64,000 nt of DNA. Source: a virus. Lineage: Duplodnaviria > Heunggongvirae > Uroviricota > Caudoviricetes. Below, one piece after another: positions 18,898-26,088 of the stretch. The DNA is taken from IMG/VR virus record IMGVR_UViG_2880329822_000001, positions 1 through 64,000 of that record. The stretch is one strand, 5' to 3'. The first letter of the stretch is position 1. Each line of letters opens with the position of its first letter. Under the pieces are notes generated by a model, which saw only the letters and a list, made by a program, of their open reading frames with translations, made no database searches and was not told the origin of the DNA. Made by a program: the position numbers and the translations under genes.

Positions 18898-19995
18898 GAA
18901 GTTTATACGTATAAGTTCGGTGGCTAGACGATCTCCCTTGAATTTGTGGTCTATCTCGTCTAAATCATTTTGATTTACTATGGATGCGATGTATGTCGAA
19001 AAACCTTCTAGAGCGACTCGCATCTCATCCATGTAATCGTGTCGATCGTAGACGCGGTCCATTCCCTCAAGGCTGTGGTTCATAATCTTACGCGAGACTT
19101 CAGGATTAATTCCTAATGCTGGGAAATAGCTTCGAGCTGTACGTCTTAAATCCCGTGGTGTAAATGATTCAACATCCATAAGCTCAGGGCGTTCTAGAAT
19201 CCTTCTTAAAGCTTGTGCTATGGCCACCTTCGACATGGGGATATCTTTCCCTGGCTTCTTGTTAGATGGGACGAGCCACTTGCTACCTTTGCCGTAATTG
19301 ATTAGTTCCTCAACGCACTCCTTCATCAGTGAACTTAAAGGCAGTGCATGATGTCTGGCCGATTTGTTGCGTGTGCCTTGATTCCATACACCTCTATTTA
19401 AATCGAACTCCTGTACCCCTGCCCGCAACACTTCATCTGGTCGTCTGGCGGCTACTAGACACAGTCTGGCAGCCCATTTTGTTCCTGGGCAAACATTAAA
19501 ATAATCCCAGACATTCCAAAAAACCCAAACTTCGGCATCGGTTAACTTTCTTTCTCGTGGGGCAGGTTTGGCGCCACCGGCGACCTTGTTTAGCGACAGA
19601 TCGTTAAGAGGAGATGTGTCGATCATCCCTTGAAAAGCGCACCATCCCAGAAATTGCTTCATCAGGGAGAATACGCGTCTACCCATGACTATCTTGCCTT
19701 CCAGAATAAGCGGGTTTACCAACTGGTTAACTAAAACCCTGTTTATATCACTTACTTTTACATCTGCTATGAATGGTAAAACATGTATCAAAATGCAGTG
19801 AACTGCTATTTCAGGTCGACGTCTTGTTATCAGTAAAGATAAGCGAGTGAATAACTGGAAGGCATCTGAAAATCTCATGTCGCCACTTACCAGAGAGGCT
19901 GTCATCGTAGTCATCTGTGATGCCCGGTCGAGATATTCAATCGTCTCAAGAGAGGTATTCTCGGCTGCGCGTGCTCTATCAAAGGAATTTTTCAT
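18889..19995 (-). CDS. Tyrosine site-specific recombinase (integrase/Cre-XerD-like)
   Basis: Catalytic region ...RRPDEVL..., DLRRTARSY, HS...RVYDRHDY (R-K-H-R-H-Y style). Confidence 0.8.
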   Translation of the reverse strand: MKNSFDRARAAENTSLETIEYLDRASQMTTMTASLVSGDMRFSDAFQLFTRLSLLITRRRPEIAVHCILIHVLPFIADVKVSDINRVLVNQLVNPLILEGKIVMGRRVFSLMKQFLGWCAFQGMIDTSPLNDLSLNKVAGGAKPAPRERKLTDAEVWVFWNVWDYFNVCPGTKWAARLCLVAARRPDEVLRAGVQEFDLNRGVWNQGTRNKSARHHALPLSSLMKECVEELINYGKGSKWLVPSNKKPGKDIPMSKVAIAQALRRILERPELMDVESFTPRDLRRTARSYFPALGINPEVSRKIMNHSLEGMDRVYDRHDYMDEMRVALEGFSTYIASIVNQNDLDEIDHKFKGDRLATELIRINFSQ

Positions 19996-20090
19996 AGTCC
20001 AATCACTGAGTTACGCCATTACTGTATGCATAAACAGTATATTAGGCATTGTTTCTTATAGGATCAACATAAACTTAACGGTTTTTTGTC

Positions 20091-20123
20091 AATGATTCCA
20101 TACTTAATAGGTATGGAATCATT
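20091..20123. other. lox-like recombination site candidate: perfect 13-bp inverted repeats AATGATTCCATAC / GTATGGAATCATT around a 7-bp asymmetric spacer TTAATAG
   Basis: Read directly; lies 96 bp upstream of the recombinase start codon. Confidence 0.5.
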
Positions 20124-20202
20124 AATCATCAGTTTGACGGAAAATAAGAATTAAAGGAGAATGATGGCACATAAAATGAAATACTTCTTAAAGAGACAGT
20201 AA

Positions 20203-20775
20203 GTGCGCATAGAAGAAGAAGAGGTTTTTCTCGATGATTATGGCATGAGACGAAAAAAATTCGTCTATGATCATCGTATTCATCACAGCTACGTTTTTGT
20301 TGCCGGCAATGAAGTGTATACCGTTATTGTGGGTAGTCTGGCTAACGAAGAAATCTTCACTCGAATCGGATATGAGATGCCACCTGGCATTGAATTCCCA
20401 GCAAACGGAATGGCAGAAGTATATTTTGACGTTTACGACGGCATGGATAGTTTGGCGGACTTCCGTCACGTCAGATTTAAGGGATTGGGGAGTGCTGTAG
20501 TTTTGCAAACGGTAGCACTTGCGTTAATCGCACACTATGAGAAATTTAACATCGGTGGATTTGCATTCCAAGCTGCTTCTGGCGGTGTCGTAGACATTGG
20601 GCGTCAAACTACTCTTGAAGAGACCTATGACTATATGCTTGGGTTAAAAAGCGGACCGCGCTATAATAAACGTACAGGGTTGCCAAAGAAAGCTCCGCGG
20701 CCACTGATACCGGAAGACTTACATGCGTACAAAACAATCACAGATGGGAGAGCCTGCTATGTCGTATTACAATAA
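20203..20775 (+). CDS. Hypothetical protein (190 aa; GTG or ATG at 20245), weak GNAT-like motif RFKGLGSAVV...HYEKFNIGGF
   Basis: Plus-strand gene preceded by a 13-codon mini-ORF (20161-20202, SD AAGGAGA). Confidence 0.5.
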   Translation: MRIEEEEVFLDDYGMRRKKFVYDHRIHHSYVFVAGNEVYTVIVGSLANEEIFTRIGYEMPPGIEFPANGMAEVYFDVYDGMDSLADFRHVRFKGLGSAVVLQTVALALIAHYEKFNIGGFAFQAASGGVVDIGRQTTLEETYDYMLGLKSGPRYNKRTGLPKKAPRPLIPEDLHAYKTITDGRACYVVLQ

Positions 20776-20989
20776 GCACGAACGCACTGCGCTTCTCGGC
20801 TCTATTAATGGTGAGAAGAAAGTACTGCAGGCGTTGGTTACTGCTGAGTTGAAGACTCACCATACAAACTCCGAAGCGTATTTACGTTGCCTTAAAGCAG
20901 GCCTTTCTGCTGGTAAAAAGCATTCTTCTGCCACATTGTTACGTAGAAAGTTGAAAGGTAGTCTCGTCCGAGAGTTAAACGATATTTAA
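20759..20989 (+). CDS. Hypothetical basic protein (76 aa), translationally coupled to the upstream gene (17-nt overlap)
   Basis: ATG at 20759 within ATGTCGTATTACAATAA overlapping the upstream stop. Confidence 0.45.
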   Translation: MSYYNKHERTALLGSINGEKKVLQALVTAELKTHHTNSEAYLRCLKAGLSAGKKHSSATLLRRKLKGSLVRELNDI

Positions 20990-21001
20990 AAGACTTAGTA
21001 A

Positions 21002-21025
21002 AAATGGCCGCAGTCGCGGCCATTT
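21002..21025. terminator. Bidirectional terminator between convergent operons (AATGGCCGC-AGTC-GCGGCCATT with A/T tracts)
   Basis: Perfect 9-bp stem flanked by AAAA and TTTGTTT. Confidence 0.6.
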
Positions 21026-21027
21026 GT

Positions 21028-21276
21028 TTACATGATGCTTACCAACATTGCAAACTCCGAGTAGCCGCCGATCGGCTCTCCATCAACGAAGACTTGTGGA
21101 ACTGTATCGACCGGCTTTCCAACAAGATCACTTAATTTTCCTTTGTCTATGCCGGCTTCTATAATATCTATGTACTGATAATCGCCATAACCGTGGCCTT
21201 GCAGCTGCTTCGCCAACTCGACCGCACGCTTGCAGAACGAACAGTTATCACGTCCGTATATAATAATATCAGCCAT
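21028..21276 (-). CDS. Glutaredoxin-like protein (NrdH/Grx family)
   Basis: CSFCKRA CxxC active site, 82 aa. Confidence 0.75.
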   Translation of the reverse strand: MADIIIYGRDNCSFCKRAVELAKQLQGHGYGDYQYIDIIEAGIDKGKLSDLVGKPVDTVPQVFVDGEPIGGYSEFAMLVSIM

Positions 21277-21285
21277 TTAGTTACC

Positions 21286-22119
21286 CTATAAATAAGCTTC
21301 AAGTGCAACTTTGCACAATTTAGAACGCACACAATCTTCGGCTTCGAATTCAATGATTCCAACGTTGGCTGATGGCTTAAATCGATACAACGCGTCTTCC
21401 AGACCTGATTTAACGCTGTCTGGCAGATCACATTGAGTAATGTCACCGTTCACAATGACGGTTACGTTCTCGCCCATACGGGTCAGGAACATCTTCATTT
21501 GTGACGCCGTAACGTTTTGTGCCTCATCAAGAATGACTACAGCATTCTCGAACGTGCGTCCACGCATATACGCAAATGGAGCTATCTCTACTTTGGCCAC
21601 ATCAGGCTTTAAGCAGTATTCGAGAAACGAGCCACCCAGACGCTTTTGTAGCACGTCATAGACTGGTCGGAAGAACGGAGCAAACTTCTCGCTCATGTCG
21701 CCCGGAAGGAAGCCCAGATCTTCGTCTGCTTGCAATACTGGACGAGTTACGATGATCTTCTCGACTTCCTTATCCAGAAGACGTTGTGCTGCTACAGCAG
21801 TAGCCAGGTATGTTTTGCCGCAGCCTGCCTCACCAGTGGCAAAAGTCAGCGCCTTATTATCTAACGAGATAAGATAATGAGCTTGAGCTTCGTTGAGGGC
21901 TTCGATTGGAGAGTTATCGCGCCTCGGTTTCGGAGGCAGAGCAGGGGCGGCAGACAGTTCGTCAACAATGATTGTGTCGATTTCATAACCACGAATGCGT
22001 GATTTGTTCTTTAGTACCTGACGAGCTGCGCGACGCGTCTGTTTACGCTTGTTTCCCATATTGATTCCTTTCAAGTGAGTAACTGTCGTGACTATAGCTA
22101 AAATAAATAGGTAAGTCAT
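21286..22119 (-). CDS. phoH: PhoH-like ATPase (true start may be the internal MGNKRKQ at about 22059)
   Basis: Walker A GEAGCGKTYLA, PhoH core. Confidence 0.8.
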   Translation of the reverse strand: MTYLFILAIVTTVTHLKGINMGNKRKQTRRAARQVLKNKSRIRGYEIDTIIVDELSAAPALPPKPRRDNSPIEALNEAQAHYLISLDNKALTFATGEAGCGKTYLATAVAAQRLLDKEVEKIIVTRPVLQADEDLGFLPGDMSEKFAPFFRPVYDVLQKRLGGSFLEYCLKPDVAKVEIAPFAYMRGRTFENAVVILDEAQNVTASQMKMFLTRMGENVTVIVNGDITQCDLPDSVKSGLEDALYRFKPSANVGIIEFEAEDCVRSKLCKVALEAYL

Positions 22120-22168
22120 TACCTATTTATGAATTTATTTGTCTGGCTGAAAGAACTTTGAGAGGCTG

Positions 22169-23485
22169 GTGCGCCAGATCCGTCGAGACAGCTTTAAACT
22201 AGCTGAAATGATATGGTCGATTAGGTATCATTCAGTTCCAAAATTAACCAAAGACACTTATAAAATGCCTGTTTTATTAATCCTCATACTTGGGACAGTG
22301 ATGACTATTTTCTGGGATGTCGTTAAGGAAAACGTAGAGGTTATAGGTACGCTTGGCACTTTAGCTACTGCTTGGGCTGCTTACGAAGCAAGGAATAGCG
22401 CAAAGGCTGCGATGAAGGCCACTCAACTGACATCGGCTTCGCTTCTTGAAATGAAAAAAGCCTCTTTTAAGGAATGGTACGGCATATTACTTGAACAGCA
22501 TAATAAATTGCTTGATGATGTGAATAAGACCTTATTAACTGACACTCAGTTTGATGTTAAATTAGGGATTAATACGATCAAAGGCATGTATTACTACACA
22601 ACAAAAAATCCTGTTTATATAAAGTATATTAGCCATATTATCCTAATACTAAACTATTTAGATAAAGACTTCTATCTGCCGTCATCGGCTGATAGTGAAA
22701 AGAGATCTTACATAGAACAGCTGCGCAACAGCATTAGTCAAAAAGTAAACCTGCTAATTGCCATTTTTGGCCTTAATATCGATAATAACAAAACTTATGA
22801 CGCAAAGAAACTTTACAACCTCCTAAACAAATATAACTTTTTTGAAAGTGAGCTTTTTTTTGAAGATGCAATATCAAAAGTTCATTTCTTAGATTCTTAT
22901 GTCAGTGAGATATTTAACAAAGAATATCGAAGAAACGTAGAGTTTTATGTTGATGAAATGGTTCGTGGTCGCGAGCCCCCTAATACCAATGTGTTAAACC
23001 GACACCAAAGGGTTACATTCGCAGTTCTATGGACCTATAACAACCCCTGCCAACAGCATTTATTGGAAAACTTCAATAAATTACCTCTATACATGAGAAA
23101 CAGCATAGAATTGAACATGGAAAAAGCTGCCGAGGAAGTGGCTAAGTTTGATTCTTCGTTGCATCGTGTTATTGGCTGGAAACTTAAAATAACTGGTTTA
23201 GACGAGAGAGCAATCAAGGATGAAAAACAGCTGAAAAGGCTTATTAAGATTTACTATAAATATTCTTTCGATACCAGACAGACTGGTATATTGCTAACTA
23301 ATGGCGTTAACAATATACTTGCTGAAAACATAGAAGATAGTCTGTCTAAATATGCTTTATCAAAAGCATATTTAGAACTCAAATCTAATCCGCACCAATC
23401 TGAGAGGATTGATAGAATAGTGAATGAGGTTGAAAGAGTGGTCGATGCCTACAAAGCAAATCTTAATTCGCTCAGTTTTAACTAA
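22169..23485 (+). CDS. AT-rich orphan gene: membrane-anchored protein of unknown function (438 aa; start uncertain, ATG 22208 or 22265 more likely than the GTG at 22169)
   Basis: One N-terminal TM helix (PVLLILILGTVMTIFWDVV); K/N/Y/I-rich soluble domain; own terminator. Confidence 0.6.
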   Translation: MRQIRRDSFKLAEMIWSIRYHSVPKLTKDTYKMPVLLILILGTVMTIFWDVVKENVEVIGTLGTLATAWAAYEARNSAKAAMKATQLTSASLLEMKKASFKEWYGILLEQHNKLLDDVNKTLLTDTQFDVKLGINTIKGMYYYTTKNPVYIKYISHIILILNYLDKDFYLPSSADSEKRSYIEQLRNSISQKVNLLIAIFGLNIDNNKTYDAKKLYNLLNKYNFFESELFFEDAISKVHFLDSYVSEIFNKEYRRNVEFYVDEMVRGREPPNTNVLNRHQRVTFAVLWTYNNPCQQHLLENFNKLPLYMRNSIELNMEKAAEEVAKFDSSLHRVIGWKLKITGLDERAIKDEKQLKRLIKIYYKYSFDTRQTGILLTNGVNNILAENIEDSLSKYALSKAYLELKSNPHQSERIDRIVNEVERVVDAYKANLNSLSFN

Positions 23486-23495
23486 CTAAAAGAGA

Positions 23496-23522
23496 AAAGG
23501 GGCATAAGCCCCTTTGAATTTT
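23496..23522 (+). terminator. Intrinsic terminator of the AT-rich gene (AAAGGGGC-ATAA-GCCCCTTT then T-run)
   Basis: Hairpin plus TTTGAATTTT. Confidence 0.6.
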
Positions 23523-23987
23523 GCGCTGAAAAAGTGTTGCTACGATGCTAGGAAGCACTATGGTTAAGAATGTCTGCTGCAATTTCTATCACAGCGTTGA
23601 ACGGTCTGGGTGTGACGTTAGCGGAGTCATTTCAATTAAGGGGAAACCAAACCGTTCAGCGATGTGTCTATAGTTGTTTTGCTATTTGTATAGTTACTCA
23701 CGCACCATACGAACTTCATGAAATCCATTATTTCCGTCTTTTATTTCGAGACGAGACCACAAAAAACGCCCATCTGCTGTAATCCCAGTAATGACTCTTT
23801 TGCCTGTTGATTTCCACATAGATTACTCCATTACTTATTATGACGTTATGTGCCGGTTACGGTTCCGGCCAGGCCTCTTCCTCAACGGGGTGTTCTCGTA
23901 CGGACTACCGTTTATTAGTTGTTCCTGCGGTTTATGTTGTGAAGCCAGATGCTTATCTTCTGGTTGCTTCAAAGAGCTGCACTTCAT

Positions 23988-24056
23988 CACAACGGTAAGA
24001 GCACTCGATGCATTTAAGCCAAGCCCCATAAGGGAGAATGCCCTTACCTGTTGTGT
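23988..24056. repeat. Long imperfect hairpin element, copy 1 (arms CACAACGGTAAGAGCACTC / GAATGCCCTTACCTGTTGTG, about 30-nt loop)
   Basis: Paralogous to the 24196-24274 element. Confidence 0.5.
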
Positions 24057-24195
24057 TGTGATGGCCGGTGCTGATCTCCGGCATTAGGTACAGCCGCTAA
24101 GAGCTTCGGACGATTACCTATCACGACAAACGAGAAATGCGGCCGCATTCGTCTGTCACTCAGCTTATAGCTAGCGCATCAGCTTGCGCATTCAC

Positions 24196-24274
24196 CACAA
24201 CGGTGAGAGCACTCTTGGCGAACCTGTAGATTGGGCTATGATCCCGTTACAAGCGAATGCTCTTACCTGTTGTG
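24196..24274. repeat. Long imperfect hairpin element, copy 2 (arms CACAACGGTGAGAGCACTC / GAATGCTCTTACCTGTTGTG), abutting the tRNA-like fragment
   Basis: Arms conserved with copy 1, loops differ. Confidence 0.5.
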
Positions 24275-24275
24275 T

Positions 24276-24303
24276 TGGCGTGCATACCAGGATTCGAACC
24301 TGA
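24276..24303 (-). other. tRNA 3'-half-like fragment: T-arm TCAGG-TTCGAAT-CCTGG + acceptor strand TATGCAC + G + CCA
   Basis: Minus strand reads TCAGGTTCGAATCCTGGTATGCACGCCA; the complementary acceptor strand GTGCATA occurs 2 nt after the tRNA-Asn CCA (24461-24467). Confidence 0.4.
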
Positions 24304-24469
24304 CCTGTTCTGCTAATCATCTCTTTTACTTTCTCCCATACTCATCCGGATATTTCCGAGAGATTTCATTAAGACTTTCACTTCCCAACCGCTCAATCCA
24401 GCCACCCGGCTTCACCCTTCGTCGCTTGGCCAGCTAAACCTTGCTCCAGGTTATGAGACATATGCACAT

Positions 24470-24544
24470 TGGCGATGATGGGTGGATTCGAACCACCGAC
24501 CAGTTGATTAACAGTCAACCGCTCTACCACTGAGCTACACCATC
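24470..24544 (-). tRNA. tRNA-Asn (anticodon GUU)
   Basis: Manual cloverleaf: acceptor GATGGTG/CATCATC (one G-U), D stem GCTC/GAGC, anticodon stem GTTGA/TCAAC, loop CTGTTAA, T arm GGTGG-TTCGAAT-CCACC, discriminator G, encoded CCA. Confidence 0.9.
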
Positions 24545-24757
24545 AATTTCGCAGCGGTACTGGCTTCGAAATCCGAAGTTTTCCCGCAACTTGCACTTTA
24601 CGTTAGTGCCAGACGAGGCTTGTGGCTTGCTCACGTGGAGCGAAGATCTAAAATCTTTCTCGGCGGTTGATAGTCGCCAGATGTTTAGATCTTATTGGAT
24701 GTATGGAATCATCCATGTTGTGGCATCACATAATTTGCTACACCTGAAGGTATTAAC

Positions 24758-24872
24758 CACAACGTTGAGACCACTTAACCGATTAGTTTTACCCAATTAC
24801 AACCTTGTCAGTCTTACAGCCTCTGTGGATTTCACTGTATGATTGAAAGAAAACAGTGGTCTCAACGTTGTG
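24758..24872. repeat. Perfect 17-bp inverted repeat CACAACGTTGAGACCAC (24758-24774 and 24856-24872) around 81 bp
   Basis: Read directly. Confidence 0.7.
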
Positions 24873-25238
24873 TGCTGGCTAACCACACCAGCCGGGTTAC
24901 GTCGCCGCTTTAACCCAGATTAAACGACATAAGTAATGGAAATGACGTAACAGGATGAACGGTCGATAACTGAAACCGGGATGGGTGAATGGAATGAGGA
25001 AACCAACCGCCCATCCTGTTACTTCATCGGAGAGAGCATAGTGGTGTCGATCCATGCTCTCTCCTGCGTTCTGTAATCACACTCGCTCAGTGTGTCCCAT
25101 TTCGATGACGAGGCTGGAAACTGACCTCGCTGGTGTTTGGCTTATTAAGCTACTGCCAGATACTGATTGTCGTTTGCAGTTATCTTTAAACGTTCAAACA
25201 GTCGCGTCTCAACGAAAACAAGTAAATCTTATACACTT

Positions 25239-25268
25239 AAAATAAATAAGTAAATACTTATTTATTTT
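25239..25268. promoter_or_regulatory. 30-bp palindrome AAAATAAATAAGTA-AA-TACTTATTTATTTT (member of the dispersed TAAGTA/TACTTA operator family)
   Basis: Perfect 13-bp arms; related palindrome at 22101-22130. Confidence 0.5.
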
Positions 25269-25564
25269 GTTAGTCGTTTAGTTGCTGTATTTTTAATCAA
25301 ACTCCCCTTTGGTTCCGGAGTTCGTGTAATGGTGGCAGTAAAACGCTTTGCCTGAATAGTGATTGTTTCATTCTCTTTTAGCTCACCGTAGTGGATTTCA
25401 AGAAGGCTACCAAGACGCCACAGCCCATCGTCAATACGTTTATGACTGGCAAACTTTATCAACAATAATTTCACGATAAATTGACCTATTACGAATGCGC
25501 AAGCAATGCCAGCCGCCGTAAAATATGCAACCAGCCACCAGTCAAACAAAGTCAGTTCAGCCAT
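25262..25564 (-). CDS. Membrane protein (100 aa, N-terminal TM)
   Basis: Start ATGGCTGAACTGA overlaps the stop of the upstream small gene. Confidence 0.5.
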   Translation of the reverse strand: MAELTLFDWWLVAYFTAAGIACAFVIGQFIVKLLLIKFASHKRIDDGLWRLGSLLEIHYGELKENETITIQAKRFTATITRTPEPKGSLIKNTATKRLTK

Positions 25565-25713
25565 TTTTGCACCTCTGTTTCATGAACTACTCGATATACA
25601 CGTTTGCCCATGCGTATGGATTTTGCTTCAAGCTGCTGCTTGACCAGATGTCGACTGCCGATGAAGCCGATACTTACACCAACAATTAAAGATAATATGA
25701 TGTATGGAATCAT
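25552..25713 (-). CDS. Small single-TM protein (53 aa, MIPYIILSLIVGVSIGFIG...RMGKRVYRVVHETE...), paralog of the 25909-26088 protein; not in ORF track
   Basis: Manual translation; ATGA overlap with the upstream gene. Confidence 0.45.
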   Translation of the reverse strand: MIPYIILSLIVGVSIGFIGSRHLVKQQLEAKSIRMGKRVYRVVHETEVQKWLN

Positions 25714-25925
25714 AAATAAGCACCTGCGTCTGTCAGTTGTTTAAGTAACTCGCGGCCTTTGCTGGTAAGTTGATAGTTCTCAGTTTTGCCTTCTGGCTCG
25801 ACATTGGTCACCAGATTCATTCTCTCAAGCTTGGCACGCGTTTTTGGCTGCCAGTGGGCATAAAAATACGACCATTTACTTATTTCTCGAAGGGTATCTC
25901 GTTCTCGCTTACTCAATATGATCAT
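25710..25925 (-). CDS. Small protein (71 aa), possibly winged-helix
   Basis: Coupled start and stop overlaps. Confidence 0.45.
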   Translation of the reverse strand: MIILSKRERDTLREISKWSYFYAHWQPKTRAKLERMNLVTNVEPEGKTENYQLTSKGRELLKQLTDAGAYL

Positions 25926-26088
25926 CCTTAATCTCCTTTAGCGTGTCAGTAATCTCAACAATACGATAAACGCGACTTCCTCTTTGCATTACTCCTGCTT
26001 TCACGTAATCGCCGGTACAGCTGTACGTCACCATAACGCCGATGACAATACCAACAACCAAAAAGACGATCATCCAACCGAACATCAT
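25909..26088 (-). CDS. Small single-TM protein (59 aa, MMFGWMIVFLVVGIVIGVMV...QRGSRVYRIVEITD...); not in ORF track
   Basis: Manual translation; ATG overlaps the ligase stop (ATGA). Confidence 0.45.
   Translation of the reverse strand: MMFGWMIVFLVVGIVIGVMVTYSCTGDYVKAGVMQRGSRVYRIVEITDTLKEIKDDHIE

Noticed and set aside
20203-20775. Confident GNAT acetyltransferase (toxin) call
   Set aside because: Only motif-A-like R..G.G and a YEKF..GGF stretch are present. The spacing between them is about half that of typical GNATs, and the small partner gene is downstream, not upstream as in known GNAT-RHH pairs.
23570-24087. Plus-strand ORFs of 70 and 98 aa (the latter Cys-rich) in the structured noncoding island
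   Set aside because: They overlap the conserved hairpin elements. There are no RBSs, the composition is not coding-like, and the Cys richness comes from TGT/TGC in stem sequences.
24276-24303. tRNA 3' fragment as the attP core for chromosomal integration by the 18889-19995 recombinase
   Set aside because: It lies 4.3 kb from the recombinase, whereas a loxP-like inverted-repeat site sits right next to it. The element also carries full plasmid replication and partition functions. Not excluded, but not supported.
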